Position numbers and translations under genes: made by a program | Part shown: one piece after another, positions 1 to 13,250 of the stretch | How positions within the stretch are numbered: the first letter of the stretch is position 1 | Layout of the letters: each line of letters starts with the position of its first letter | The notes under the pieces: generated by a model | What the model was told of the DNA's origin: nothing | What the model saw: only the letters and a program-made list of their open reading frames with translations | Database searches by the model: none | Source of the DNA: Phoronis australis | Lineage: Eukaryota; Animalia; Phoronida | Length of the DNA: 64,000 nucleotides | Direction: 5' to 3' | Assembly: GCA_002633005.1 (NCBI GenBank) | Contig: NMRA01000502.1 | Location: forward strand, 124,001-188,000

Positions 1-1444
1 TCAGTCAAGTTCAATCGTAAAAAAACGTTTTATCGCCACTCACTTGCTGGCGGCTTTTGCGTCACTACTTCGACTACCATGACCTCCACCCGCTCTACAA
101 CCACTGCGAGTTCCCCCACCACCACAGATACCATGACCACTAGAACCATTACACTATCTGCCATGATTATGAAATTACTTTTGCTGAAACAACTGTTGCT
201 GGTAATTGCTTCTGGAGATGCTAGTACTAATCCTAATCCAAACGACATAGACACGTGCAGCACGTTCGATCTGGGTTGTCTCACGACTAGACTAACCAAG
301 ATCACTGGACCATATTTGAAATACACGGCAACATGTCACATAATCTGTCGAAGTCTTGCCATTTAGCAAGGCCCTAGCATTACTGAACTCTACTCTGTTC
401 AAGAATTTCACCAAAGGTTGAACTGCCGCTGTTCACAGGTGATAAGCATAAACGGACCAATTCACTTAGCCACTTTTACCTTATGTCTAATCCATTCATT
501 TTCAGTGTCATTTAGCGGTGTAGCCAAGTGACCTCCAAATGTTTGGCAATGCTTCTGTGCTGTGGCGTAATCGACACCTTCGCTGTCTTCAAACGCGTAC
601 TGGAATTCATTGTAATCCAGGATACAGGCTGAAAATATTCAAGTTTGGTTTAAGTTGGCCTCGATTTCTCACAGGCGATTTTTCAGATTCGGCTTATTGG
701 AGTGTGTATACAGATCGACTCATTGAGCTAAACAGACGAATACGACTTCTCCGTTGCTTAAATAAAACATGTCAGGTTTTATTTTGGTTTTCTAGAATCT
801 AAGGAGACTGATGGCCTACTGCTGGCCGTTATTTGAGACAGGACACCGAGTAATGAAGTGGTGTGAATGAATTACACTACTGATAAACAGTACCCGCACA
901 CGGGAGACCCGTGAATTCTCTAATTCAGCAAACGGCACACCGCTCCCGGAATAGTATCACTTCCTCACGATGAATTATGCACAGTTGGTCTTTTCGAGCT
1001 AAACCGTCTCATACCACTTGCCCATTGATTAAACGGAATATGTTACATTTTATTTGTATTTTCTGGACATTAAGGAGGCAGCTGGCCAATCACTGCCCAT
1101 TTTTAAACAGGAACCCAATGAAATGGCCTATCGGGAAAGTCTCTGTTTCGTTTGCTCAAGGCTGTGGGTTTAAGTCTCACTTGCTTCGGCATATTTCTAG
1201 ACCCTAGAGTCAGGTCTACAGCTCCTTTAACTATATATCAATAGAGCATAAAAATGGCGCCAGGTGTTCAGTGCAATGGACCCACTTTCGGGGCGTGCGC
1301 AACGTGAACCACACCGCCTATTTTTTAATGAAATAGTGTTAATGGATTACACCACCAATCACAAGTACCCGCATAGGAACGGCCCGAGAATTCTGTCAAT
1401 CAGCAACGTCACAGCACTCTCGAAATAGCATCAATTTAACACAA

Positions 1445-1990
1445 AATCGTATACGATTTATCAAAATATGTAGATAGTGGTCCAAATGTCGTATACGGTA
1501 GATCGAAATTTGTAAATAGTGGTCAAAAGACTTATGCTTACACGATTTATCAAAATATATATATAGCGGTCCAAAATTCAGGGTGGTCCAAAAGTCATAA
1601 ACTATTCCTACATGTAAATATCTGTAAATGGTGGTAAATGTCGCATACGATTAATCAAAAAATGTAGATAGTGATCCAAAAGTCTTATGCGATCTTTCAA
1701 GATCTGTAAATAGTGATCCAAAAGTCTTATGCGATTTATCAAGATCTGTAACTAGTGGTCCAAATGTCGTATGCAATTTATAAAAACATAGTGATCCAAA
1801 AGTAGTAAACGATAAATTAAAATATGTAAATAGTTGTCCAAAAGCCGTACGCCAATTATCAAAATATGTAGACAGCGTTTCAAACGTTGTATATTATTCG
1901 TCAAAACATGTATTAGTATAGTAGTATGCGATTAATCAAAACGTGTGAAAATGGTCCAAAAGTAGTATACGAAGTCGTATAGAAAGTTGT
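1445..1990. repeat. Degenerate minisatellite with ~42-bp unit (about 12 copies)
   Basis: Unit approximately GGTCCAAAAGTCGTATACGATTTATCAAAATATGTAAATAGT repeated in tandem. Confidence 0.85.
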
Positions 1991-4900
1991 ATGCGCAAAG
2001 TCTGAAGGTTTAGACAGGGATTGTAGAGTCGATGAAAATGTTGCGTAGTAGTTGAGTTATTCAAAGCACGCAAACGTTTTTGAGGTACTTGTTTCGTTGA
2101 GATTATTTTAATCTTCGACCAACGGCAAAATTTTTTAGCATATGTATTTTTAGGGATGTACAGCGAAATAGAAATGTCAAAGGTATCTGATTTACCTTCG
2201 TTACCATGGGTCATATTTTCAAATATGTACATAAATAACCAATGAGTCCAATTTTACCAAACCTGGTCAGTCATTACAGATTTTTTCCTATCATGTTGAA
2301 TGTTGGGTCTCATGAATTAAAATGTCATCCTTGGACACAAAGGTAGTCAGTTACCAGTCCTGGATTAAGCAATTGCGGCACCCGTAGCATACATGTAAGT
2401 CGAAGCGCATGGTCCCTACTGAAATACCCATACACCGATTATCTCAACGCAAAAGCAAAATGGGTGTAGTTTTTATTTTTGAGAAGGAAAACATTTGATG
2501 AGACATTATGTCCACTGGTGAACGCTATCTGTTGGTAAAATTGGACGATTTCAGGATAGTTCACACGCCGCTAATTGGAGGTTCCACGGTTGTGCCTAGA
2601 ATGCTAATTTTGTCAAATATACACGTTTTATTTTTGCTGCATTTTAATAAAACCCAAATTGCAAATTCAAGAAAAAATCAAACATTGACTGGTGCCTTGG
2701 TGAGTCTCTACATGTTTGGGGTCTGTGGTTTGTTTATGTGCCAGCTTTAAAGCTTGAATGCTTTAAGCAGCACTGTGACACCTACAATTCTTTGAACATC
2801 ACTTACTCAATGGGACACCGTAACTTTGACTCTACACGTACATGAAAATGGCGGGGCCCACAATACAAACTCTCCAAATCGGATTCGCATCTCCCGAAAC
2901 ATGTAAACGTTTATGAATGGCATTGGTGCCTCTAAAAATCCTGTGAGTGCGGTGCTCCAAATGAATATTATCGGGAAAGCTATTTTCTTCACCCTATTTC
3001 CAATGGTGGTCCCATTTTAAGATTTCCAACAAACATCTGCCAATCTGTCACGCCATAGCCCTCCAAGTGCACAGGAAAATTCAATGTTTTTGTTTATGTT
3101 CGCGCTGGCAAAAGACGTCTGTTGCTTTTGACCCGGATGCTATCAATGCCCGATTACGTGATATGTAGGGCAGCACGGCAGTTTGTCTCAAGCCGCATTT
3201 TTTGGATTTCGATAATTGAACTCACAGACTTAATTTCTGTGAACAAAATGTAAACACATCATATCGCCCCTGTTTAACTACCATTGCTGAATTCACAAGC
3301 AAATCTCTTTGAGATTTTTTTCAAAACATGACCACGCCTATCTGATCTCAAATTATTGCCGCATGAAAACGCACCCATTTTTCACATACTCAAAGCGATA
3401 TAATATCGAAAACGATCTACGTTTACAATTTCTGATGAGATTTCAACCGTTTGAGGAATAGCTCTGTTCGAGAAATGCTAGCTATTTTCTTCAGCCTGAG
3501 GTTTTAAACATCTGCGTCGGTGATGATAATGTATCGAAGAGGGTGTGCGCTCAAACACCTCATGCATACATATTTAGAGATGTTAAACACCGACACCTGC
3601 GAACATCGCAAGTTTGCGTAGCTACATTCAGAAAAAAAGTAAACCCACCACATAATGAAAACAAAATCTTAAACAATTTTTTGTCTCACAAGAGTATCGT
3701 GGCTGTATTGATTTTTTTGATAGAAACTAACAGTATATAAAAAGAAATGTACAGAACATACCTGTCTAAAAAGAGCTCACGATCCTAATATGCACCGGAT
3801 TCAATTGTTATTTTGACGAAAATGAAGTGCAAATGCTAATACATAGGCAAGGCTGGGCATGATTTTTGATTATATAATTTTTAGAATTTGTCAATGACAC
3901 GTAAGCTCTTAGTAAACGTTCTGTTCGTGCTCATTTAACTTAAAAATTACTAGAAATGTCATGAATTTCCAAACACATATAAATATACATACATGTGGTA
4001 GCACATTCCACGTAGACCAGGAAAACAAGAACAAGATAAGCTTCCGTGATTGCCATGCTACTGGCGATTAATGTCCATTACAAACGACCAAAACTATATC
4101 ATTATTATAAATGGAAACGTGGGCGCTACTGCAACTATTCAATAGATTTCAATCAGTATTAGTTTTTACTAATTAGAGTATTCTCTACTGATGTTTGGTA
4201 GATTAATTTCTGTCATTGAGTAAATATTTGATTGTTCATCGGGATATGATTACTAATTCATGACTGAGATAATGCTAATATACATATATCCGTCACCATT
4301 AAGTGCACGTCCACGACACATTAATGAATAGACGGGTGAAACAATGCACACCTATGATTCACGACGACCTATGATTGACGACGTTGCAGACTTTAATATC
4401 AGAAAATTCAGACAAGGGAAGACGGAGATACGGCACGAGAGCTTAAGCAATGAAAGAGCAGCCATTCGGAAAACTCAATAAAGAATGGTAAGTCGAAAGT
4501 CAAAGAGGAAATATTCCAAGACGCATAATTTATATTCAAGAATTGATATCTCTAAAGGACAAAAAACAACCCAAAACCATAATTTATCACGTTACAACCT
4601 ATAATTGATGACACAAGGATTAAAATTTAGTAGGCCAGTACTGACAATTTATCACGCCAGGAAAGAACATTTTCATACCAGGAGACCACGTGACCATTCT
4701 CTATCCAACAATGACCTAGGTAGTCGGAGCAGAGACCGTACATGTACATGTAGATAGGGTGATAAACCACCTAGCGAAATCCCACTGGACGGCCGCTGGC
4801 AGCCATTACTGTTTAAAGGACCGTGGAAACGTATAGCAGGCGTGTGTGCAATAAAAATATGGCAAGGTATGACAGCTCCAATCGGTAAAAAAGCAATTGT

Positions 4901-5759
4901 GCTTTTTGCAATGCTTGCGGCTGCAGCAACAGTTAATTGAATATTCGTGACTTATGCTTTTTGTGTCCCCACTGATTACGATATATGAGTTTCACGATTG
5001 AAACAAAGAATGTTTTTGCGTGAAACTGTTGCCAGTGAACCAGTGATGGGCTGGTTGATTTGAACTTAATATCTTTACTGCTCCAAGCATTTGATCACTT
5101 ATATAGAAATTATCGTAAATTGCTTGCATTATTTTGGAACTGCTGGTTAGCTTATTAAATGCCCATTGATGTTTATTATTACTTTCTTTCATTTCTTTCT
5201 GCAGTCTTAATACTGTACATTCAGATCTAAAAGAAAATCATGTACAATTGCTATTTATTTACTAATTTTATAATTGTTATACTATCGTATATTTGTTTTT
5301 ATCTATTTTCATTTATTATTATTTATTTTTGTTTATTTATTTATTCATTGTTTTTATTTATTCGCTGTTACTTATTTAATTATTTCTTGTGATCCCATAC
5401 AGTCAGCATTCTGGCTGTCGTTGGTCAATAAGCTATATTATAAGGTGTGGACTTCAGTGCATAATAAACATTAATTGTAGGGTTTGGTAACCTACTTGAT
5501 AATTTTCTATAGGAAGAGTCGAAGGAAGTGTTCATTTAAAAGCATGTTCAGCCTTACATCGGTGGGTTCTTCGGTAGTATGTGTAGTATAACCTTGGAAA
5601 CCCCATTGCACGTACTCAGTGACGATGTTGTTTGTTTAGATTAATATTATTACGTGGGTCATAAAACATCAAGCCAGAAAACAAGGTGTCCTTATATTAT
5701 TTACTTTGAAGTTGGCCACTTTTACTTGCCGATGTAGGGTGATTAGCTTTAACTAACTG

Positions 5760-6050
5760 CTGATAGGTGATTTTAATATTGTGAAAGGTTTACGAGAGCT
5801 GGAAGGCATAGTGAAAGCTACCCTAAGTAGACTGGCTATTTAATAGGCATCCTCGCTGTTTTATGTGGGCATACAAGGCAGATTTATTGTTGGACTGCAG
5901 GCAGGAATTCCATCTCTTGCTAGTTTTCAATACCCTACCCCTCTTGAATCCTGTTTCATTCACAACAACCCACCCCAATTCGCTACCCACTTCAGATACC
6001 ATCAAGGCACAGATGCTGGGGATCCAGTGAATCAGTCCCAAATAGCGACT
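5760..6050 (-). mobile_element. Possible decayed LINE ORF2 C-terminal fragment
   Basis: Minus-strand translation KRWNSCLQSNNKSALYAHIK...RKPFTIL resembles the W...S.K...Y...K region of L2/RTE-X-like ORF2 ends. Confidence 0.35.
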
Positions 6051-7794
6051 CCACTCTGTTCCCTAGAACTATTGCGTATTTGTGAGCTTTCTACGTTGAA
6101 TTCTCAATATTATTGAAAATAAATAGGTATTTTTGCGGGCAATGCCACTACTTCAAGGACTAAGTCCCTAAATATTTTGACTGAATTAAGGGCTCAGGTT
6201 TTAGTTACAATATTAAAAAACGCCATAAGTTAAAAGAGGAGCTTGTAATAAAGATAAAATGATGTAAAAATATAAAAAATGTGAGTAAAGAAATAAAAAT
6301 ATGCTAAAGATTTAGACGACACAGTTGAGCACAGGCGGATCCTGTGTCAGAGGGGTTTGGACAACCCATTTTCCCTCGATTTTAATGATGTCAAAGCTAG
6401 AATTTCCAAATTGTTGATTTGAGCCACCCTTCTCAAAAATCTTTGATCCAACTTTTTAAAAAATCTTAGATCTGTCCCTGTTGAGTCGATATTTGGGACT
6501 ATTTCATTTAACAGGGCCCAGCCTCCCCCCTTGCTTGAATGTAGAATGATGTAAGGTGAGGATTTTCGAAACAATTGTCTGGACCCGTGTTTGGATGGGT
6601 AAGATTGTAGTTTATGGACATTGGCGTAGGAATTATTTGATGATTGGGGGTGAGAGTCTATTAATTTTTATATTTTAAAACAAAGTTTTTGCGCTGAAAG
6701 TATTAATAATTAGTTGTTAATTAATTGATAATTGCACCTTGAATATTGGGGAAAGAAAACTATCTCCGTTTTTGTTCCTCCCTCTTCTTCAGCAGATCTA
6801 TCTTACATTTATTACTAACCTGACCGCCCTGTACAAAATCCTACAGATTCTGTACTTGCTAACTCTTCAATCACCCGCCTATTTCCACCTGTTTACCTCT
6901 GATTAGAGTCAGACTCTTGCTCACGATGTATTTCTCGTAATTTTATTACCTTTTATTTACTGCCCATTTTTTGATATACTCTATATTATGCCTTTGTGTA
7001 TTTTCCATTGCACTGCTCATGTTGTTCTTTTCAATATTTTAAACAAAGACACTTCACAATTTTGAATTTGTCAAACTAAAATCGGCCGTAGTCAACGCCT
7101 CGCGTACTTCGTCGGCGCACACACACCAGCTAGGTGTCGCCACGGTCCATGACACGATAATGGCGTCGTCTTTGGTTGGAGTTCAGGACTTCGCTAGAAA
7201 AGCAAGCCTTCGCGAAATATTGCCAAGTATTTCCATGAGAGCGCGTGATTTTGGCTAGATTTTCTCGGCGGCGCCAGACAGCTGCTGAACACTAAAAGGC
7301 TAAGTCTCTGTAAAACATATAGGTTACTTCACATACATAGGAATACTAATGCCATATCCTATCGATAATTCATTTCATCTGGAAATGTGTTGTTTTAGCT
7401 TTGATGATTTTCTTTCTATTTTTGTGTCTTGGCTTCAGGAATGGAAATAGTAATAGACACAATTCCCTTGTGTTGGCCACAGCACTGGGAAAATAACGAC
7501 AGGAACTGCTAAATCGCAAAGGTTGAGGTAAGGACTATATCCCAAAAAGTAGACTTTTCGCAACCACCGGGTGGAGTCGAGAAACGCTTCAAGCAGATGA
7601 TTGTGTCTGTAAAAGGCATACTCGATATTGGGTCGCCAGTTCCTGTAAAGTTCTACTGTATGCATCCCCAGAGGCGTCGCCATTCATGCACGAAGGGTGC
7701 TGGAAAAAGCTTTGGTCTTTGGAGGAAATTCTCCGTGCATGTGCAAACCGGGTTGTAGGTTTTAGCTCCCACATGCAGACTTAGTAGCATGAAA

Positions 7795-8300
7795 AAAAAT
7801 AATAATAATAAACTTTATTTAAAGAGGATAAAAATACAATAAATGTAAAACGTGCTTTAGCCAAAGGCTAATATCCAGCATGGTTCTCTGCAGCAAATTA
7901 AATTAATTAAATTAAGTTAGATAAACAGATTAAATTAAGATACAATAAGATACATTAAATAAAATAGTATTTACAAATTGGATAAACAAATTGAATAAAT
8001 AAATAAATTAAAAAAAATTGGTCAATATACTGGAAAGACAAGAAGGAGGTACATCTATGACGACCACAGTTTATCACAAAACTTAAGTTTTTCGAATTAT
8101 AAAAACATAAATTTCCCTTACTTCTTAAGTTTTTCAGAAAACTGAAGTTCTCCAAGTATTGAAAACTTAAGTTTTTTGTATTTGTAAGGCAGTTTCCACC
8201 GGAAGTCAATTGTTTGAATTTTATAACAGACGGTCAACTTCAAAGAAAGTATTGTTTGTCGACTTGCCCACGACAATTAAGTTGATACAACTACTGTACT
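7795..8300 (-). mobile_element. LINE (CR1/L2-like) 3' end with (TAA)n-like tail
   Basis: Minus strand has an NTFF...N.LP-like ORF2 end, AT-rich UTR and AATAAA plus short-repeat tail; tail segment is homologous to 60445-60520. Confidence 0.5.
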
Positions 8301-9535
8301 TACAGAGCCAACAAGAAGACATTTCAGGATTTGGGAGAAGTCAGGTTAGTGCCAGAGAGCGGTCTAAAATTAATTGGCCACAATCGGTGCTGTGCTTGAT
8401 ATCCAACGTGTAAGTTCAGTGGTCATTGTCAGCCACTCACGCTGTCACATACCGACATCGGATTGTAATATGTGTGTGGATTGTCTAATCTTATTATTCT
8501 AACGTGTATTATACTGCATGTGGTCCATCAGTAAGTCATATCGTTCACATGACGTTAGTACTCTATCATAATCCTGAGCTCTTTGAGGTTGTGTCAGTGA
8601 GCATCAATGCAGGGGGTTGGGGTGAGCTCCAGTAATCATTTCCCAAGTTGGGTGTATTGGCATTGGTTGTATTAGACCACCGTCCTACTGCCTCCACAGT
8701 AGAGACTGAAGCTCCTATAGGCGCTTCATATGCCTGTAGTAAATGTTGACGTAAGTCTCGGCTGTGGCGTTTCTATGTTGTGATGTCGTTTTCTTTATGC
8801 AACGTTGGTCTTTGCCTGGTGCGACACCTGACGCTAGAAAAACCCAGCAGAGGTCACATTGACACCACGTGACCTGTCACCTGTGAAGACCACGTGACGA
8901 GTTCACCGCCGTCCAGTGTGGGCGTAATGTGAGTACCCTCTGGAAATTACATGTACTCTTACATCGGCAGCGCACCATAGGGGGCTGGGGGGTCTTTAGC
9001 CCCCCACTTTTTTCAGTGCTGCGCCGCCCTTGTCTTACAATGTGAATAGGTTGAACCTGCTTGGCTGTGCCTAGCCAAGCGCAGTCGGGACCTATTTTCC
9101 AGTTTTTGAGCGGCGTACACGTACTTGACTTTCTGTGGTTGCGGGAGATAAGTTTTTCTTAACTAATTTTCTCGTGCCCATTTTGACAGCCACGTGCGTC
9201 ACTGCTTTTGCAGTACCTGAGTTCAGGTTTCTAACAGCGTACGAAAGCGTTTATTGCTAGTTTAGGGTTAAGAATTGTATACACTGTAGAATAGTTGTAT
9301 TTTTATTAATTTTGGAATTTGTAGTACCTTTCTAGGAATTCTAGATTAGGTTACGTGACCACGTGTTTTTTCTTGGGTTTGGACTAAGCCCTAAGGGGGA
9401 GCCCCGTGTGCTTAAAATGTCATTTATGGATAGGGTTCCAATAAACTCCTGTCTTTCCCAAGAGTTATTTAAGCTTTCGGGCATGACCGAAAATATTGCC
9501 CACACTATTCTGGACAAAAGGGAAACCAACCGCCG

Positions 9536-12441
9536 TTGCTTGGGAAAAATTGGTTGAGAGCTATGAAAGTAGATATTGCATCAGTTTTTGAGATTTTCAC
9601 TGACACAGTGTCGCATGACGAAGCTCGTTTGGCAGGATTATTGGCAGAACATGATATTTTCACCTCAGGTGGAACTATTCAAGTTTATCAGGGTACAGTT
9701 CGCATTGATCCACAGGCTCAGCCAATTTTTCACAAACCACACCAGGTGCCATATGCTCAAGTGGATGCAGTGAATGCAGAAATTGATCGCTTGGTGGATG
9801 AGGGCATTCTAAAACCTGTAGATTACTCCAGATGGGGGACACCATTAGTGAACATAGTCAAGTCCAATGGACATATTAGGATGTTTCGGGATTACAAGAT
9901 GACTATAAATACTTGCTTAGATGAGCAACAGTACCAGATACCCACTCCAGAAGATCTGTTTAATGTTCTCTCTGGTGGTGTTGTCTTCAGTAAGATTGAT
10001 TTAAGTCAGGCCTATCTGCAATTAGAAGTTGATGCCCAATCGCGTAAACTGTTGACGCGTAACACTTTGAAAGGTCTGTATGAACCACAACCTCTACAAT
10101 TTGGAGTAGCGTCCGCTCCACACGTTTTCCAAGGGGTTGTGGAGTCCATGTTTCGTGGTATTAAAAGGGTCGTAGTTTATCTTGACGACATTTGTATTGC
10201 TTCCAAGTGTGTTGAGTCACATTTTAGAACATTGGGTTTGGTCCTTGCTAGACTCAAGCAGCACGGGGTGAAGGCAAACCGGATATTTGGTCCACATAGT
10301 AGATAAAACGGGCGTTCATCGCACGCAAGAGAAGATTGAAGCAATCGTGAATGCCCCCAAACCCACATATGTAAAAAATCTCCAGGCTTTTTTGGGTTTA
10401 GTGCAGTTTTATGGGAAATATATGAAACCTCCCACGGTTATTTTGGCTACCATTTTGCACCCACTGCATTTGCTTTTAGGAAGGGCACAAAATTTCAGTG
10501 GGATAAGGTTTGCCAAATTGCGTTTGACTGGTGCAAACATTTGATTACATCCGATAAGGTTTTAATGCATTACGACTCACGTAAACCGGTAGTGTTGTCG
10601 TGTGATGCATCAGAAGTACATGTAGAGGTATAGGTATCGGTAGTGTACTCAGTCATGTTATGGATAATGGCGATGAGCGGCTCATTGCCACAGCTACATG
10701 TAGTCGAAAGTTAAACGACAGTGAGAAAAACTATTCTCAGATCGAGCGTGAAGCTTTGTCCATTATTTTTGGAATCAAGAAATTCCAACAATATTTAATG
10801 GGTCGACGTTTTACAATTGTGACTGAACATCAAGCTCTGGTTAAGATTTTTGAACCCAAAACTGGAATTCCAAAAATGGTATCTTTTCGACTTCAGAGAT
10901 GGGCTTTGATATTAGGTGATTTTACTTACGATGTCAAGTTCAGGAATTCTAAGGAGCATGGTAACGCAGATTGCTTGTCTCGCTTACCTTTAGAATTGAC
11001 TGATGTTGCCACGGAAACTGGTATTTCGGATATGGAATCTCTACCTTTGAAGGCTAGTGATATTGCTAGTAAGACTAAGTCCGATTCAGTGTTGGCTCAA
11101 GCCTATCAGTTCACTCTTAAGGGTTGGCCTAGCTTTTGTCCAGATGAGGATTTGAGGCCATTTTATACTCGCAAAGACGAGTTATCGGTTGATACACTGT
11201 AAGGGTTGTCTGTTGTGGGGCTTACTAGTTGTTATCCCTACTGAACTCAGGAAACAAATTTTAAGTGAACTGCATTTTGAACATCCTGGTATTTCCCGAA
11301 TGAAGGCCTTAGCGCGTAGTCATGTGTAGTGGCCTAAGATTGATAAATCAATTGAAGATGTTGTGAGTTTGTGATTCGTGTCTGCATTTACGCAATACTC
11401 CAGCTTGTTTTAATGTGCCTTGGCCTCGTTCGACTAGAATTTGGCAACGCAACATATAGATTATGCTGAAAAGGAAGGAAAGTACTTTGTTATTACTGTA
11501 GACACCTATTCTAAATGGCTTGAAGTTTTCGCCATGAGTAGTATTACTGCTGAAAAAGACTATTGATATTCTGAGACGTTTATTCGCGGCTTATGGTGTG
11601 CCGGAACAAGTAGTTTCCGATAATGGACCTCAGTTTACGTCGGCTGATTTTCGTACTTTTCTTGAGGTGAACAGCGCTAAGCAAGTTCTAGTACCCCCTT
11701 ATCATCCAGCCTCAAATGGTAGTGTAGAAAGAGGGGTTCAGACTATAAAGCAAGCTTTGTTCCGTCAGGTTCACAATAACAAGGCATACAGTACTCTTAA
11801 TCACAGATTATATAGTTTTTTGATGAGTTATCCTAACACACCACACAGTGTCACGGGTAAAACTCCAGCGGAGTTATTTTTGAAACGAGAACCCAGAACT
11901 CGATTTTACTTGTTGAAGCCAAACTCTGCAGAGTCTATTGAATGTACATGTAAGTCTAGTCCTGTAGATGTTAGCAGTAAATTGAGAACTTTGGAAATGT
12001 TACAACCTGTTTTGGTTAGAAACCACAATAAGGGCAGAGAGAAGTGCATCAAAGGTCGTATTGTGAAAGTTTGTGGACCACTTACGTATCTAGTTAAGGC
12101 CCAGGGAAAAGTTAGATTTTGTCCTATTGATCATTTGATTGGTCTTTCAGATGATGTGAAGGTGGACGACGAGACAACGTCGTCAGTCAGATGAAACCGA
12201 ATTGTCAGTTCCTTCTTTGGACACTGAACCCAAAACAGTTGTGGAACGGTCAAATTTGGACATTCCTGTTGACTCCTCCTCCACAATTCCTGTTCCCACA
12301 ACAGAAGGGACTCAGGATGATGTCACTGCTGGTGTTTTGAACTCGCCGTTCATTGTACCCACAGTAACCCCAGTTGCTGTTCCGTTACGTCGCAGTGCTC
12401 GAGTCTGGAATCCTTCCGATCGTTTGGCATGTTCCAAGTGA
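9536..12441 (+). pseudogene. pol: Gypsy pol (PR-RT-RH-INT) pseudogene
   Basis: ORF pieces 9536-10306, 10287-10544, 10660-11202, 11598-12194 and 12202-12441 are colinear parts of one polyprotein. Confidence 0.9.
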
Positions 12442-12510
12442 GTTAGAGACTTGTGAACAGTGCTGTTGTTAGTTTTTGTTTTCGGTTTCCTTCAAATAAG
12501 TGTGGAGGAT

Positions 12511-12698
12511 TGTTGTGATCTGTCACTAGCGCCACCTACTGTAAATGATATCAGTTAGTTGGGTCATCTATCTCCCCTGGACTGTGACCCAATTTCATGT
12601 GTTACCCATAATCCTGTGTGTCTTGTTCCTGTCTCGTGTTATGATGAAGAAACGTGGCTTTGTGGTTTCTGTATTCAGTTTACTTTAATCCAACGACA
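12511..12698 (+). repeat. Probable 3' LTR of the Gypsy element
   Basis: Starts TGTTGT right after purine-rich aaataagtgtggaggat and ends ...caacgACA; no 5' partner found in the window. Confidence 0.55.
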
Positions 12699-12726
12699 TC
12701 TGACTACACTACCTTCCCTAGGTAAG

Positions 12727-13250
12727 CTCAAATATTGACAGCAGGTCATGACGTTAGCTCACGAGTCAATTGTTGATGGGTACCATGGTGTGAAGAAGCC
12801 AACAGCTTCTTTTTGGCCAGAAGTTGCCAGTGATGTAAATCGTTTTTGCAGATCATGTGACACCTGTCAGCGGACAACACCTAAGAACATGATCTCTAAA
12901 GTGCCTTTGGATGAGATGTCACTTATTGAAGAACAATTCCAGCGTATCGTAGTTGATTTGATTGGCCATGTGTCGCCAATCACAAACATACAGTAGAAAA
13001 CCGGTATATTCTCACCATCGGGGACTATGCCACAAGGTACCCAGAGGCAGTACCTCTCTCCAGAATAGAAGCAGATCAACCGGCGGAAGCACTGCTGAAA
13101 CCTTCTTTGGAATTGACTTTCCCCGAGAGGTGCTTAGTGACTGTAGGAGTTTACCTCAGAAGTGCCGAAAGAAGTCAGTGTTCGATTAATACCCGTGAAA
13201 CAAGTGTTCACTACTCCATACGGTCCGAAATGCAATGTTTTGTGTGAGCG
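12727..13250 (+). mobile_element. Fragment of a second Gypsy lineage (integrase zinc finger and core)
   Basis: LAHES...FWP...RFCRSCDTCQ...VDLIG...DYATRYPEAVPL...FPREVLSD...TTPY.PKCN..CER across frameshifts. Confidence 0.85.

Larger units (their letters stand above)
9363..12698 (+). mobile_element. Degenerate Ty3/Gypsy LTR retrotransposon (K02A2.6/Mag-like), 5'-truncated
   Basis: Protease end (LGKNWL), RT (KIDLSQAYLQ, FGVASAP, YLDDI), RNase H (CDAS, NYSQIEREAL), integrase (SDNGPQF, PYHPASNGSVER), a PLRRSAR tail, then a PPT-like tract and TG...CA LTR. Many stops and frameshifts. Confidence 0.92.

Noticed and set aside
30-366. Thr-rich (+) and Val-rich (-) ORFs, with a minus-strand GTGAGT donor-like site near 43
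   Set aside because: Low-complexity ACC/ACT-type sequence is open in several frames; there is no domain motif, and the Gly-rich frame has a stop.
1445-1990. CRISPR-like periodic array
   Set aside because: Units are degenerate tandem copies with no unique spacers, in a eukaryotic context with no cas genes.
7160-7790. Exon-like segment (7438-7527) and a C..H....C.HP-like pattern suggesting a transposase N-terminus
   Set aside because: Stops interrupt the frames I translated and the similarity is too weak to call.
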